Assembly (NCBI RefSeq): GCF_963921235.1 | Contig: NC_086097.1 | Coordinates: 77,998,001-78,062,000 of the forward strand | Direction of reading: 5' to 3' | Length of the DNA: 64,000 nucleotides | Source: Mobula hypostoma | Lineage: Eukaryota | Shown: positions 54,150-64,000 of the stretch, one piece after another | How positions within the stretch are numbered: the first letter of the stretch is position 1 | Layout: each line of letters starts with the position of its first letter | The notes under the pieces: model-generated | The model's database searches: none | Seen by the model: only the letters and a program-made list of their open reading frames with translations | Told to the model about the DNA's origin: nothing | Position numbers and translations under genes: made by a program

Positions 54150-54547
54150 AGTGTTTCTATTTTAAAATGTATTGAAGAAATTCCAGGATGTTTCATTCTA
54201 TTTATTCTAATCTTCTTTCAACAAAGCAGTAAGGAGATTTTTTTTCTCAGCATTTATGATTCAGATTATTAACATCTGGATCCAGGCACTCAGAAAGTTC
54301 AGAATGTACTCATCTGGATGGAGTTAAATGCAAGTAACAAGAAAAGCCCCATTGGCTGATATGATGAAAGAAATTTCACATCCTGGCATAAATTTATATG
54401 TTCACAAGTCTGTGGAAATGCTGACATCATGAATTTCTGATAACAGTTGAAAGACCATGAAAAAATTTTGTGAACTAATTTTCCAGACTAACTTTATTGC
54501 CCATCTCTTTCCATCTGATTACAGAGAACCATGCTGGTGCAAACTTG
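54150..54547 (-). pseudogene. Copy A exon remnant, DUF4470-like core
   Basis: WAIKLVWKISSQNFFMVFQLLSEIHDVSISTDL*TYKFMPGCEISFIISANGAFLVTCI*. This resembles the DUF4470 'FTCCDIEPAILARNILLFTLI' motif (from memory) and copy B WRCSLIWGGKVKPPFVMGYLNS. Donor not identified. Confidence 0.6.
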
Positions 54548-54574
54548 CTAAAGCAATGTAAGATAATTCGAGCA

Positions 54575-54810
54575 CTTAGAAACATAGAAAACCTACAGCA
54601 CTATACAGGCCCTTCGGCCCACATAGCAGTGCTGAACATGTCCTTACCTTAGAAATTACCTAGGGTTAGCCCTCTATTTCTCTGAGCTCCATGTACCTAT
54701 CCAGGAGTCTGTTAAAGGACCCTATTGTATCCGCCTCCACCACCGTTGCCGGCAGCCCATCCTATGCACTCACCACTCTCTGCATAAAAAAACTTACCCT
54801 GACATCTGAC
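54575..54810 (-). mobile_element. CR1 3' end
   Basis: tagaaacatagaaa tail, similar to 42665-42830. Confidence 0.8.
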
Positions 54811-55003
54811 ATGCAAAGTTTTTATTGAAATGGCAATAAGGCACAACTGAAATATGAGACAATAACCAAATGCTTTCTTTAGGATCTTTTTTAAATTTTG
54901 GAAGAATCTACAAATTTGTATCAAAAGAATTAACTGGAAGCTTGGGTATATTTCTTTTAGGCATTTCCTATTAGGACCATAGTATGGTATCAGCATATCT
55001 TAC

Positions 55004-55267
55004 CTTCAATTGTGAGAAGATAGATTCTAGTTCATTCTGTGCATTTCTGTTATCTCTATACCAACCATAATCAAATAAATATGGCACTTCAATATACCTG
55101 TGGGGAATGATCCTGGAAAAGCCAGCCTCTTTATTGTTAGAACTTCAAAAAACTGACTCAAAGCCAGAATCAACAGAAAACAGCTCCTTGGATTTAATAA
55201 TGGCACAATTAACATAGTAAAATAACCCATGTTGATTTATGGATGTCTTGCCAATTAAAGTTTGGGG
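55004..55267 (-). pseudogene. Copy A exon remnant, N-terminal part
   Basis: catatcttag|CCC...TTGAAG|gtaaga. 264 nt, phase 0-0, one TGA. PQTLIGKTSINQHGLFYYVNCAIIKSKELFSVDSGFESVF*SSNNKEAGFSRIIPHRYIEVPYLFDYGWYRDNRNAQNELESIFSQLK. Confidence 0.75.
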
Positions 55268-56409
55268 CTAAGATATGAACAATGAACAGAAATGTTATAA
55301 AAGAGACAGGGTTTTAATCAGTTTCATAAAGAGGAGAGTCAGGGAGAGGAATGACCACAAGTAACAAAGCAGTTCCCAGATGATTGTCGAGTTCGGGCAT
55401 AATGCAAGTCATTTTGAACCATAATTGGTAGACCCCATAACCTGACTACGTCATGAAGTCCTGCATGGTATACTAGCTTTCGGAGCTGTCAAGAAAATCG
55501 AATATTTATTAATATTCCAACATCCAGAATTCCAAAAACATTATTAAAACTAAAAATGCTGTTAAGTTACTTCTCTTAAAACATGAAAATGCTAAAATAT
55601 TTTTAAAAAATAAGGAAACACTTGAAACATTTAAAAAGCTTTCCAATTAAATAAGAAAAAAGGAAATTATTTTCCACTTGGAGCTTTGAGCAGCAACCAG
55701 TTGAGAGATCAGAAGCTTGAGAGCAGGGAATTTTGCTCAGGCTTGCTAACAGAGTAGAAAAAGGCAGCAGCTCGCAGCAATTTTTTCTTTGAGCTTTGAC
55801 TAGCTACCGATCGGAGATCAGAAGCTTGAGCAGAGGGAATTTCACACAGATTCACTGACCGAGTAGACAAAGGCAGTTTTTTGGAGCTCTGACCAGTAAC
55901 CAATCAGTGTTTGGAATTGATTAGCAGGGACAAGCACAGTAGCCATCGTCACAGTGGCCATTGCTGGAGTGACAGTTAGAGTGATGATTTTGAGGCTTTA
56001 GCGAAGAGAGGCTTCGGTCGGAGAAAGCGGAAAAGAAAAGCTGTAAGTAGAGAATTTTCCCCTCTCTTCTTTACATTTGCTCAGATAGGACAGTAGGGAT
56101 GCTGAGCTGGATATTTGAATGCTCTTCTTGTGGGATGTGGGAAGGCAGGGGGGCATCCAATGTCATTGACAACTACTACTGCAGGAAGTGCATCCAGATG
56201 CAGCTTCTAACAATCTACGTTAAGGAGCTGGAGTTGGATCTGGATGAACTCCAGTTCATTCGGGAGGCTGAAGGGGTGATCGATAGTTCATATAGGGAGA
56301 GAGCTACACCCAAAATGCAAAATACTGGAAACTAGTGACAGTCAGTCAGGAAGGGGAAAGGGGTTAAGGAGCCAGTGCAGAATACCTCTGTGGCCATCCC
56401 CCTCAACCA

Positions 56410-57180
56410 TCAGAGCTCCATCCCCATCAAACTCCAAGGCAGAGTACAAAGTAAATGGCAGGATACTTGGTAGTGTGGAGGAGCAGAGGGATCTGGGGGT
56501 ACATGTCCACAGATCCCTGAAAGTTGCCTCACAGGTAGATAGGGTAGTTAAGAAAGCTTATGAGGTGTTAGCTTTCATAAGTCGAGGGATAGAGTTTAAG
56601 AGTCGTGATGTAATGATGCAGCTCTATAAAACTCTGGTTAGGCCACACTTGGAGTACTGTGTCCAGTTCCGGTCGCCTCACTATAGGAAGGATGTGGAAG
56701 CATTGGAAAGGGTACAGAGGAGATTTACCAGGATGCTGCCTGCTTTAGAGAGTATGCATTATGATCAGAGAGTAAGGGAGCTCGGGCTTTACTCTCTGGA
56801 GAGAAGGAGGATGAGAGGAGACATGATAGAGGTGTACAAGATATTAAGAGGAATAGATAGAGTGGATAGCCAGTGCCTCTTCCCCAGGGCACCACTGCTC
56901 AATAGAAGAGGACATGGCTTTAAGGTAAGGGGTGGAAAGTTCAAAGGGGATATTAGAGGAAGGTTTTTTACTCAGAGAGTGGTTGGTGTGTGGAATGCAC
57001 TGCCTGAGTCAGTGGTGGAGGCAGATACACTAATGAAGTTTAAGAGACTACTAGACAGGTATATGGAGGAAATTAAGGTGGTGGGGGTGTTATATGGGAG
57101 GCAGGGTTTGAGGGTTAGCACAACATGTGGGCCGAAGGGCCCGTAATGTGCTGTACTATTCTGTGTTCTATGTTCTATGT
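56410..57180 (+). mobile_element. Young 5'-truncated CR1 inserted in ORF1 of the older CR1
   Basis: Uninterrupted 223-aa ORF2 C-terminus and a (ttctatg)n-type tail. Confidence 0.9.
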
Positions 57181-58919
57181 TTTAACAACAGGTGTATCAT
57201 TTTGGGTACTGTTGGGGGCATGAACTAGCAGAGAAAAGTCACAGTGGTCAGGTCTCTGCCACTGAGTCTGCCTCTGTGACTCAGAAGGGAAGAGGGGAAA
57301 GAGGCGCACTATGGTGATAGGGGATCTGTTATTTAGGGGTGCCTGGGTCTGGGACATTTTGGGTCATCCTCAGCATTCTCAGTGGGAAGGTGAACAACCA
57401 GAATTCATGGTCCATGAAGGTACCAATAACAGAGGTGGAATGAGTGACGAGGTTTTGCATAGGGAGTTCAGGGAGTTAGATGCCTAGTTAAAGGGTAGGA
57501 CTTCAAGGGTTGTAATCTCAAGACTGAACCCGTGCTACGTGCTAGTGAGGCCAGAAATAGGAAGATTATACAGTTTTAACACATGGCTAAGGAGTTGGGG
57601 TAGGAGGGAGGGCTTCGTATTTTTGGATCATTAGGCTCTCTTCCAGGGAGGATAGAACTTGTACAGAAGGGACAGTTTGCATCTGAACTAGATGGGGACT
57701 AATATTCTAGCAGGAAAGTTTGCTAATGCTGCACAGTGGGGTTTAAATTAGAGTTGGAGGGGGATGGGAACTAGAGTGCCAGAACAATTGGTGGAGAAGT
57801 TGTGGAGACAGATATTAGTAAGACCTCAGCCAAAGTCAGGAATCAATTGGTTGAGCATGGTGCGACCAGTGTCCTGAGCTGCGTATGTTTCAATGCAAGA
57901 GGTATCATATGAAAGGCAGATGAGCTCAGGGCATGGATCAACACCTGGAATTGAAGCCATAGTGAGACTTGATTGCAGGAGGGGCAGAACTGGCAGCTCA
58001 GTATTCCAGGGTTCTATTGTTTTAGATGTGACAGAGTGCGAGGGGTTAAAGGATGCAGGGTGGTCTTACTAGTCAGGGACAATGTCATGGCAGTGCTCTG
58101 CCAGGACAGACTGGAGAACTCATCTAGTGAGGCGGTATGGGTGGAACTGAGAAATAAGAAAGATATGACCATGTTAATGGTGCTTTATAACAGATCGCCC
58201 AAATAGTCTAGGGATTTAGGGGAACTAATTTGTAAAGAGATCACAGACTGTTGAAAAAACATAAGGTTGTTTAGTAGGTGATTTTAACTTTCAGTATTGA
58301 CGGGGACTCCCATACTGTAAAAGGACTAGATGGGACATAGTTTGTCAACTATGTTCAGGAGATATTCCTTTATCATTACAGAGAAGTCCCAATGAAAGAG
58401 TGTGCGATACTGGATCTTTTATCAGGGGATTAGACAGAGCAGCTGACAGAAGCTTGTATAGGGAAACACGTTGCATCTAGTGACCACAGTGCCACTAGTT
58501 TCAAAGTAAATAAGCAAAAAGATAGGTCTGGTCCAAAGGTGGACATTCTAAACTGGAGTAAAGCTGATTTTGACTGTATCAGAAATGATCAGGCAAGTGT
58601 GGATTGGGACAGGCTACTCTCTGATAAACGTGCACTTGGTTAGTGGGAGGCCTCCAAAAGTGAAATTTTGAGAGTACAAAGTTTGTATGTGCCAGTCAGA
58701 ATAAAAGGTAAAGATAACAAATGTAGGGAACTTTTTAACAGATTTTGAGGGCCTGGTTGAAAGAGAAAGGGAAGCACATAGCAGGTATAGGCAGGTAAAA
58801 ACAAATCAGGTGCTTATGGAGTATAAGAAGTGTAAGAGAACACTTAAGAAAGAAAATAGGAGGGCTAAAAGAAGGCGTGAAGTTGCTCTAGCAAACAAGG
58901 TGAAGGACAATCTTAAGGG

Positions 58920-61804
58920 TGTCATGGTCCGGTCCGTAAAGTCCAGATTCCGGTTCATGGTCTGGTCCATTGCTCCTTATTCCAGGTTTTCTGGTTTTTC
59001 CGGTTTTCCCGTTTTCTGTTGGGTGCTCTAACTGAGGCAGCTGATGCACATTTTGAGCTGGCTACATAAATAGCTCCTTGGGTCAGCTTCAGTGGCTTTT
59101 TAATGTCATGATAAATGATATCTTTGATCAGGTAGGGACAGGATTTGGCAAATCATTATTTGTAGATGATGGTGCAATCTGAAAAAGAGGAAGAAACAGC
59201 AAGTATATATTAAGGCAGGTACAAAAGGCTTTAAGATCAGTTGAAAACTGGGCCAATAAATGGGGTTTCAGGATTTCTGCTTCTAAGTCCAAATATATGA
59301 TTTTTGACTTTGGAAGAAAGATTCCTGATTGTGAATTGTGATTCTCCACTAGAAAAAGTCAAGGTATTCAAGTTTTTAGATGTCTAGTTTGATGAAAGAC
59401 TTACTTGGAGGGTTCATATAGATAAAACAACTGGAAAGTGTGAGAAAGTTTTAAATGTAATGAGAAGTATTGCTGTATGTGACTGGGGAGCAGGGCGGGA
59501 AACTATGTACTTAATATATCTAGCTATGATTAGATTAGTTATAGATAATGGTTGTATTGCTTATGGTTCTGCTGCTATGGCAGTGCTTGGAAAACTAGAC
59601 ACTGTGCAGTCCAAAGCACTTAGACTCTGTTGTGGAGCTTTTAGAACAACATCAGTCCTGGCATTATGTGTGGAGATGGGAGAAGTACCTCTGCGTTTAA
59701 GACAAATTCAATTGGGCCTGCAGTATTGGGCAAAACTAAATGGATTCAATCACAGCTGTCTACCAAAATGTCTTTTACAGGGGAAGTCGGAGTGCCAAAG
59801 TAATATTAAAAGATACCCATTTTTAGATTTGGGGTTAATGACTGGGCTGTGAAATTGAAACAGACTGAGGAAGACTTAGTTGACCAAATTTGCTTGCCAC
59901 CTGTCCCTTTTTGGCTCTTTCCAGAACCAGAAGTAGTCCTATTCCTCCTTTTTCAGCTTCAAGGAAGCAGTGCAACTTTATCAATATTGATCACAAAAGA
60001 ATATTTTAATAATAAATGGGGATCTTATCTGAAGATTTTTACTGATGGCTCAGTGGACCCAGAGAGCAGTAGGGCAAGATTTGGGATGTATGTGTCTCAA
60101 CTTGGAGTTAAGATTGCTCACTGGGTTTCAGATGGTGTTTGTCTTTGCAACAGAATTATTAGCAATCCTCTGGGCCTTATGGTGGATAGAAGACTCTCGA
60201 CCACGTAGGGATATCATCTGTTTGGATTCTGCTGCTGCCTTAGAGACTTTAAAAGGGAATAAATCAAAAGCTCGTCCTGACATAGTTATTAAGATTCTCT
60301 TAGTGTTGTTTAGAGTAGGGAAGATGGGTTGTGCAGTTAGATTTTCATGGATACATGGGCATACTGGGTGGAGGGAAATGAAACTGTGAATGGCATTGCA
60401 AAGTCTTCCTTGCAGAGCAGGCAAGTAGAAATTAAGAGTTCCCCTAGGCAGAGCAGAATTGAGAAGTAGGATTAAAAAATCTATAGAGAAGAAGTGGCAG
60501 GAGGATTGGAAAAATGAATTAAGGGGCAGGCATTATTTTTCTAGTTACCCACTAATTAAAAAGGTCTCAGACTGTTCCCTTTTAAGTCTTAGAGATATGG
60601 TGAGAATAACATGACTTAGGTTGGGGCATTGTGAGTTAAACTATTACTTAAAGATAATAGGAAAACATCCCACTGGATTATGTGACTGTGGTAGTCCAGA
60701 GACAGTCCAGCATGTTTTGCTAAGCTGTAATCGATACAAACTTGAAAGAAGCATGTTGTTCAAGAGGCTAACTGGCTTAAATTTATTTTGGTTTTCTATT
60801 AAATCTTTGTTAGGCCATCAAGAGAATCAATATCTGATTGAAGAGTTTATTATTCAGTTTATACGTGAGACTAGGTTATATTCGAGAATTTGAGTTCCTT
60901 GAAGTTCTGTAATTAATTATACATCCTGCAGAGGGCTGTAATACGCCTAGATGCATCTAAACAGCTGGAAATAGAAGAAGAAGTAGAAGAAGCTTCAGTG
61001 GCTGGACTCCTCTCCTCCCGCTGGAGCAAGACTGGAGCCTTGTTCTATCAAGATAAGGGACTGTCTATCATTGCTTGGAGCTGTCTCTGTGTCCTCGCCT
61101 TCACTAGGTAGGTCCGGCCATTTGCCGCTACCTTGTGTTGGGAACTGTGTCTCTGTATGAGTCCCAGCCCTACGTCCTGTTCCCAAAGAGGGGTCCAGGC
61201 TCTGTGTTCCATGTTCCTGTTCTCCCTTGACTAATGCTCTGCATTCCTGTTCTCCCTCGACCAAGTCAAGGCTTCATGTTCCCGTCCTGTCCATGTGTCT
61301 CGCCCAGCACAGGAGTACCTCACCCAGCCCGGTGCTGGAGTTCCCTCGTCCTGTCAAAGCCACGTCCAAGAACCTCGTCCTGTCCAAGTCAAGGCTTTGT
61401 GTTCTCGTCCTGTCCATGTGCCTCATCCTGTGCAGGAGTTCCATGTCCTGTTCTGTAGCCACGTCCTGTCCTAGCCAAGATCCTAGTCCCGAGTCCTAGC
61501 CTAGACCCGGGTCCCGGTTCCGAGTCAAGACCCAGATTCTGGGTCCTTGTCCAGGCTCTGGTTCCAGAGTTCCATGTCACTAGTCCAGGCTCCTTGTTCC
61601 TAGTTCCCTGTCCGGGTTCCGTGTTTCTTGTCCATGTTCTAGCCCAGGCCTTTATCCTAGTCTCGTCCAGGGCCTGTGTCTTGTCCAATATCGTTTCTTC
61701 CCCACTTCCCTTGCTTTCCTGACACTCCTATTCCTGTTCCTAGTCCTTCAGTGTCTGTGTCTTGCATTTGGGTCCACTCCCAGTGCCCTTCCCCCAGTAC
61801 GACA
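58920..61804 (+). mobile_element. Solo LTR, itself interrupted by a LINE
   Basis: TGTC...GACA termini, 5-bp TSD aaggg at 58915-58919 and 61805-61809, internal tandem repeats at ~61200-61700. Confidence 0.88.
59098..60990 (+). mobile_element. Nimb/I-clade LINE, 5'-truncated, with RNase H and C-terminal zinc knuckle
   Basis: KIFTDGS, ELLAILWAL, ICLDS, SWIHGHTG, CDCGSPETVQHVLLSC. (gaa)n tail and 13-bp TSD agcttcagtggct at 59085-59097 and 60991-61003. Confidence 0.9.
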
Positions 61805-63269
61805 AAGGGATTCTATAGATATATTAAGAGCAAAAGGAATTCAAGGGACAAAATTGGTCCTCTTTGAGATGAGAATGGTAATCCATGTGTGGAGCCAAAA
61901 CAGATGGAGGAGATCTTAAATAATTCTTTTGCATTTTTGTTTACTCAAAAGATGAGCACAGAGTCTATAGAAGTGAGGCAAAGTGGCATCAACTTCATGG
62001 ACCCTGTACAGATTACAAAAGAGGAGATGTTTGCTACCTTGAGGCAAATCAGGGTGGATAAATAATTATTTGGACAGACATGGACAAATTAAGGGCATGA
62101 CTTTATGTGTGGTAGGTCATGTTTAACCAATCCTACAGAGTTTTTTGAGAAAGTTCCCAGGAAAATGGATGAAGGCACTTTATGAAGGATGAAGGATATG
62201 GTCTACATGGACTTTCGCAAGGCATTTGACAAGGTCCTACATGGGTGGTTTGTCAAAAAGTTTCAGTCACTTGGCATTCAAGATGAAGTAGTAAATTGGA
62301 TTAAGCATTGGCTTTGCGGGAGAAGCCAGGGAGTGGTAGTAGATGGTTGCCTCTCTGACTGGAGGCCGATGAATAGTGGTGTCCTGCAGGAATTGGTGCT
62401 GGTTCCATTGTTCTTTGTCATCTGTATCAATGATCTAGATGATAATGTGGTCAACTGGATCAGCAAATTTGTGGATGGCACCAAGACTGGGGGTGTAGTG
62501 GACAGCAAGGAAGGCTATCATGGCTTGCAGAGGGATTTGGATCAGCTGGAAATATGGGCTGGAAAATGGAATTTAAAGCAGACAGGTTTGAGGTTTTGCA
62601 CTTCAGTAGGACCACGTCAGGGTAGGTCTTACACAGTAGGGTACTGAGGAGTGTGGTAGAACAAAAGGATCTAGGAAAGTCTTGAGGAAATTGTACTGGC
62701 TTAGGTCAGACCATATCTAGTGTAATGTGTACAGTACACTCCTACTTTACAAAGAAAGCTTTCCTTGGATGTTGTGCAACTAGCTCAGTACACTTGTGTA
62801 CTGGAAATAACATTAAATAATCTTGAATCTTGAAAAGGGAAATAAAATAGAGATGAATTAGACCATTACCCATGATCTTAATGAATGATAAAGAGATCAT
62901 TTACAAGTATTTCCAATTATATCTTTGTGTTCGAATCCTTCTAATTGATTAGGGCATTTACTGCCCGTCCGAATTACGTTACTCATGATAGCTGATGATA
63001 TGCAATCATCTTGAACTGCTGCAGTCCTGTGGATGAACGTATTCCGGTAGTGCTGTTGGTTAGGAGTTCCAAGTTATGAATCCTGTGATAATGGAGTTGC
63101 AAAATATTTCCAGGTCAGTGTGTGGCATCAGAGAAGTCACTTACAGATCATGATAATGGCTCTGTCCTCCTTAGTGGTGGAGATCAGGGGTTTGAGACAG
63201 TACTTCCAGAGCAATTGAGAATCCTGGGATGAATGCAACTCTCGCTTCGCCTAGCAGCTTAATATAAGG

Positions 63270-63840
63270 GGTGATAACCCCCTGTCCGGCCAAACTTAAG
63301 AAATTTCTTTTGTGTGGATGCTGTGTGATGTGTCCCCTGTTAAAAATCAGTACCCCGAAATAACAAACAGTACTCAATATGCAATTAAACGATTAAGCTT
63401 TATAACTCTTACCTTGACTATATGGTTAGTAGAGAAACAAAATTTTAAAAAAGGGCCTAAATGTTATTGAACAATCTGTGCGCAAAGTTGAATCTCAGTC
63501 ATAGGCTGATCGGTCCCCATCGACCTTCTCCGATCGTCGCTGCCCTTCGGACGCTTGTTCCAAGTCCACCCCATCTGGCGGTCCACCAAATCTCTCCATT
63601 CGCATCTTCTCTCTTCATCTCTCTCCCCCTCACCCTCTCTCTGGCAAAAGCCCGTGAAATCAACTGCTTCAGGATTCACAAGACAGGGCAACAAAATCCT
63701 GATTGGCTAACATGCATCCCATAGTCCTGTTATCTCCAGACATAACCCAAACATTGCTGCTACAGAGAAACCATTACTTCAGCAGTGAACATTACAAAAA
63801 AAGCCATTACATTAGCAGTGAAAACTTATGGCGTATTACA
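63270..63840 (-). mobile_element. Solo-LTR-like element related to 46942-47652
   Basis: Shared motifs gatgctgtgtgatgt, aaataaca.aca.tac and cataacccaaaca. TSD not resolved. Confidence 0.6.
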
Positions 63841-64000
63841 TGAAAATGTAGCTTTGGCTTGAAATTGATAACCGCATGGGCCCAAGGCTACATTTAATAA
63901 TGCCTTATGTGTTTGTATGCACATTGAATGACAAACCATCTGCAAGCTTTTATTATGATGATACCTACACAGTGTTCTAATCACTAGATTTTACTGTAAG

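Larger units (their letters stand above)
27866..55267 (-). pseudogene. Copy A: unprocessed multi-exon pseudogene of a DUF4470-like / zf-MYND protein (11 exon remnants)
   Basis: Remnants, 5' to 3': 55267-55004, ~54547-54150, ~52610-52266, 50989-50804, 49684-49506, 46359-~46045, 40113-39840, ~36510-36080, 35890-35533, 29593-28807, 28386-27866. Most have a pyrimidine tract plus AG and a GT donor, and most adjacent phases match. In-frame stops and frameshifts are frequent. Motif order matches remembered DUF4470-MYND proteins, and several exons have counterparts in copy B. Confidence 0.72.
55680..62680 (+). mobile_element. Near full-length CR1 LINE hosting nested insertions
   Basis: 5' tandem ~110-bp units, ORF1 zinc finger (56099-56335), esterase, endonuclease, and RT (62189-62647). 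ORF2 joins across the LTR as DNLKG|FYRYIKSKR. Confidence 0.9.

Noticed and set aside
27866..55267. Stops explained by recoding, readthrough or a variant genetic code
   Set aside because: TAA, TAG and TGA all occur, along with frameshifts and TE insertions. Ordinary pseudogene decay is the simpler explanation.
3690..55267. Calling the gene DNAAF3, or an endogenous viral element
   Set aside because: It is much longer than DNAAF3 and has a MYND-like finger. Spliceosomal introns and the lack of viral hallmark motifs argue against a viral origin.
61200..61700. Repeat array as CRISPR-like or a coding repeat
   Set aside because: Degenerate tandem repeats inside a solo LTR, with no constant repeat / unique spacer pattern.

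Overview
This is repeat-dense vertebrate genomic DNA. The repeat mix (CR1, Rex1/Babar, Penelope-like, V-SINE/HE1-like, Nimb/I-clade, solo LTRs, hAT and mariner MITEs) points to a cartilaginous fish, probably a ray or shark (inference). No intact host gene is present, and most ORFs in the track are LINE fragments or their antisense shadows. The unique DNA between the repeats carries a collinear series of minus-strand exons with AG/GT splice sites and mostly matching phases. All are disabled by stops or frameshifts except one short exon. They reconstruct two tandem, highly diverged copies of a large gene whose motif order resembles the DUF4470 (DNAAF3-related) plus C-terminal zf-MYND proteins best known from fungi and invertebrates. 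Copy A spans about 55267 to 27866 with 11 exon remnants and a decayed MYND finger. Copy B spans about 21835 to 3690 and its 3' part is not seen in the window. The family assignment comes from remembered motifs aligned by eye and needs an HMM check. Other notable items are Penelope-derived hammerhead ribozyme motifs in hairpin arrangements and several cleanly resolvable nested insertions with target-site duplications (TSDs).
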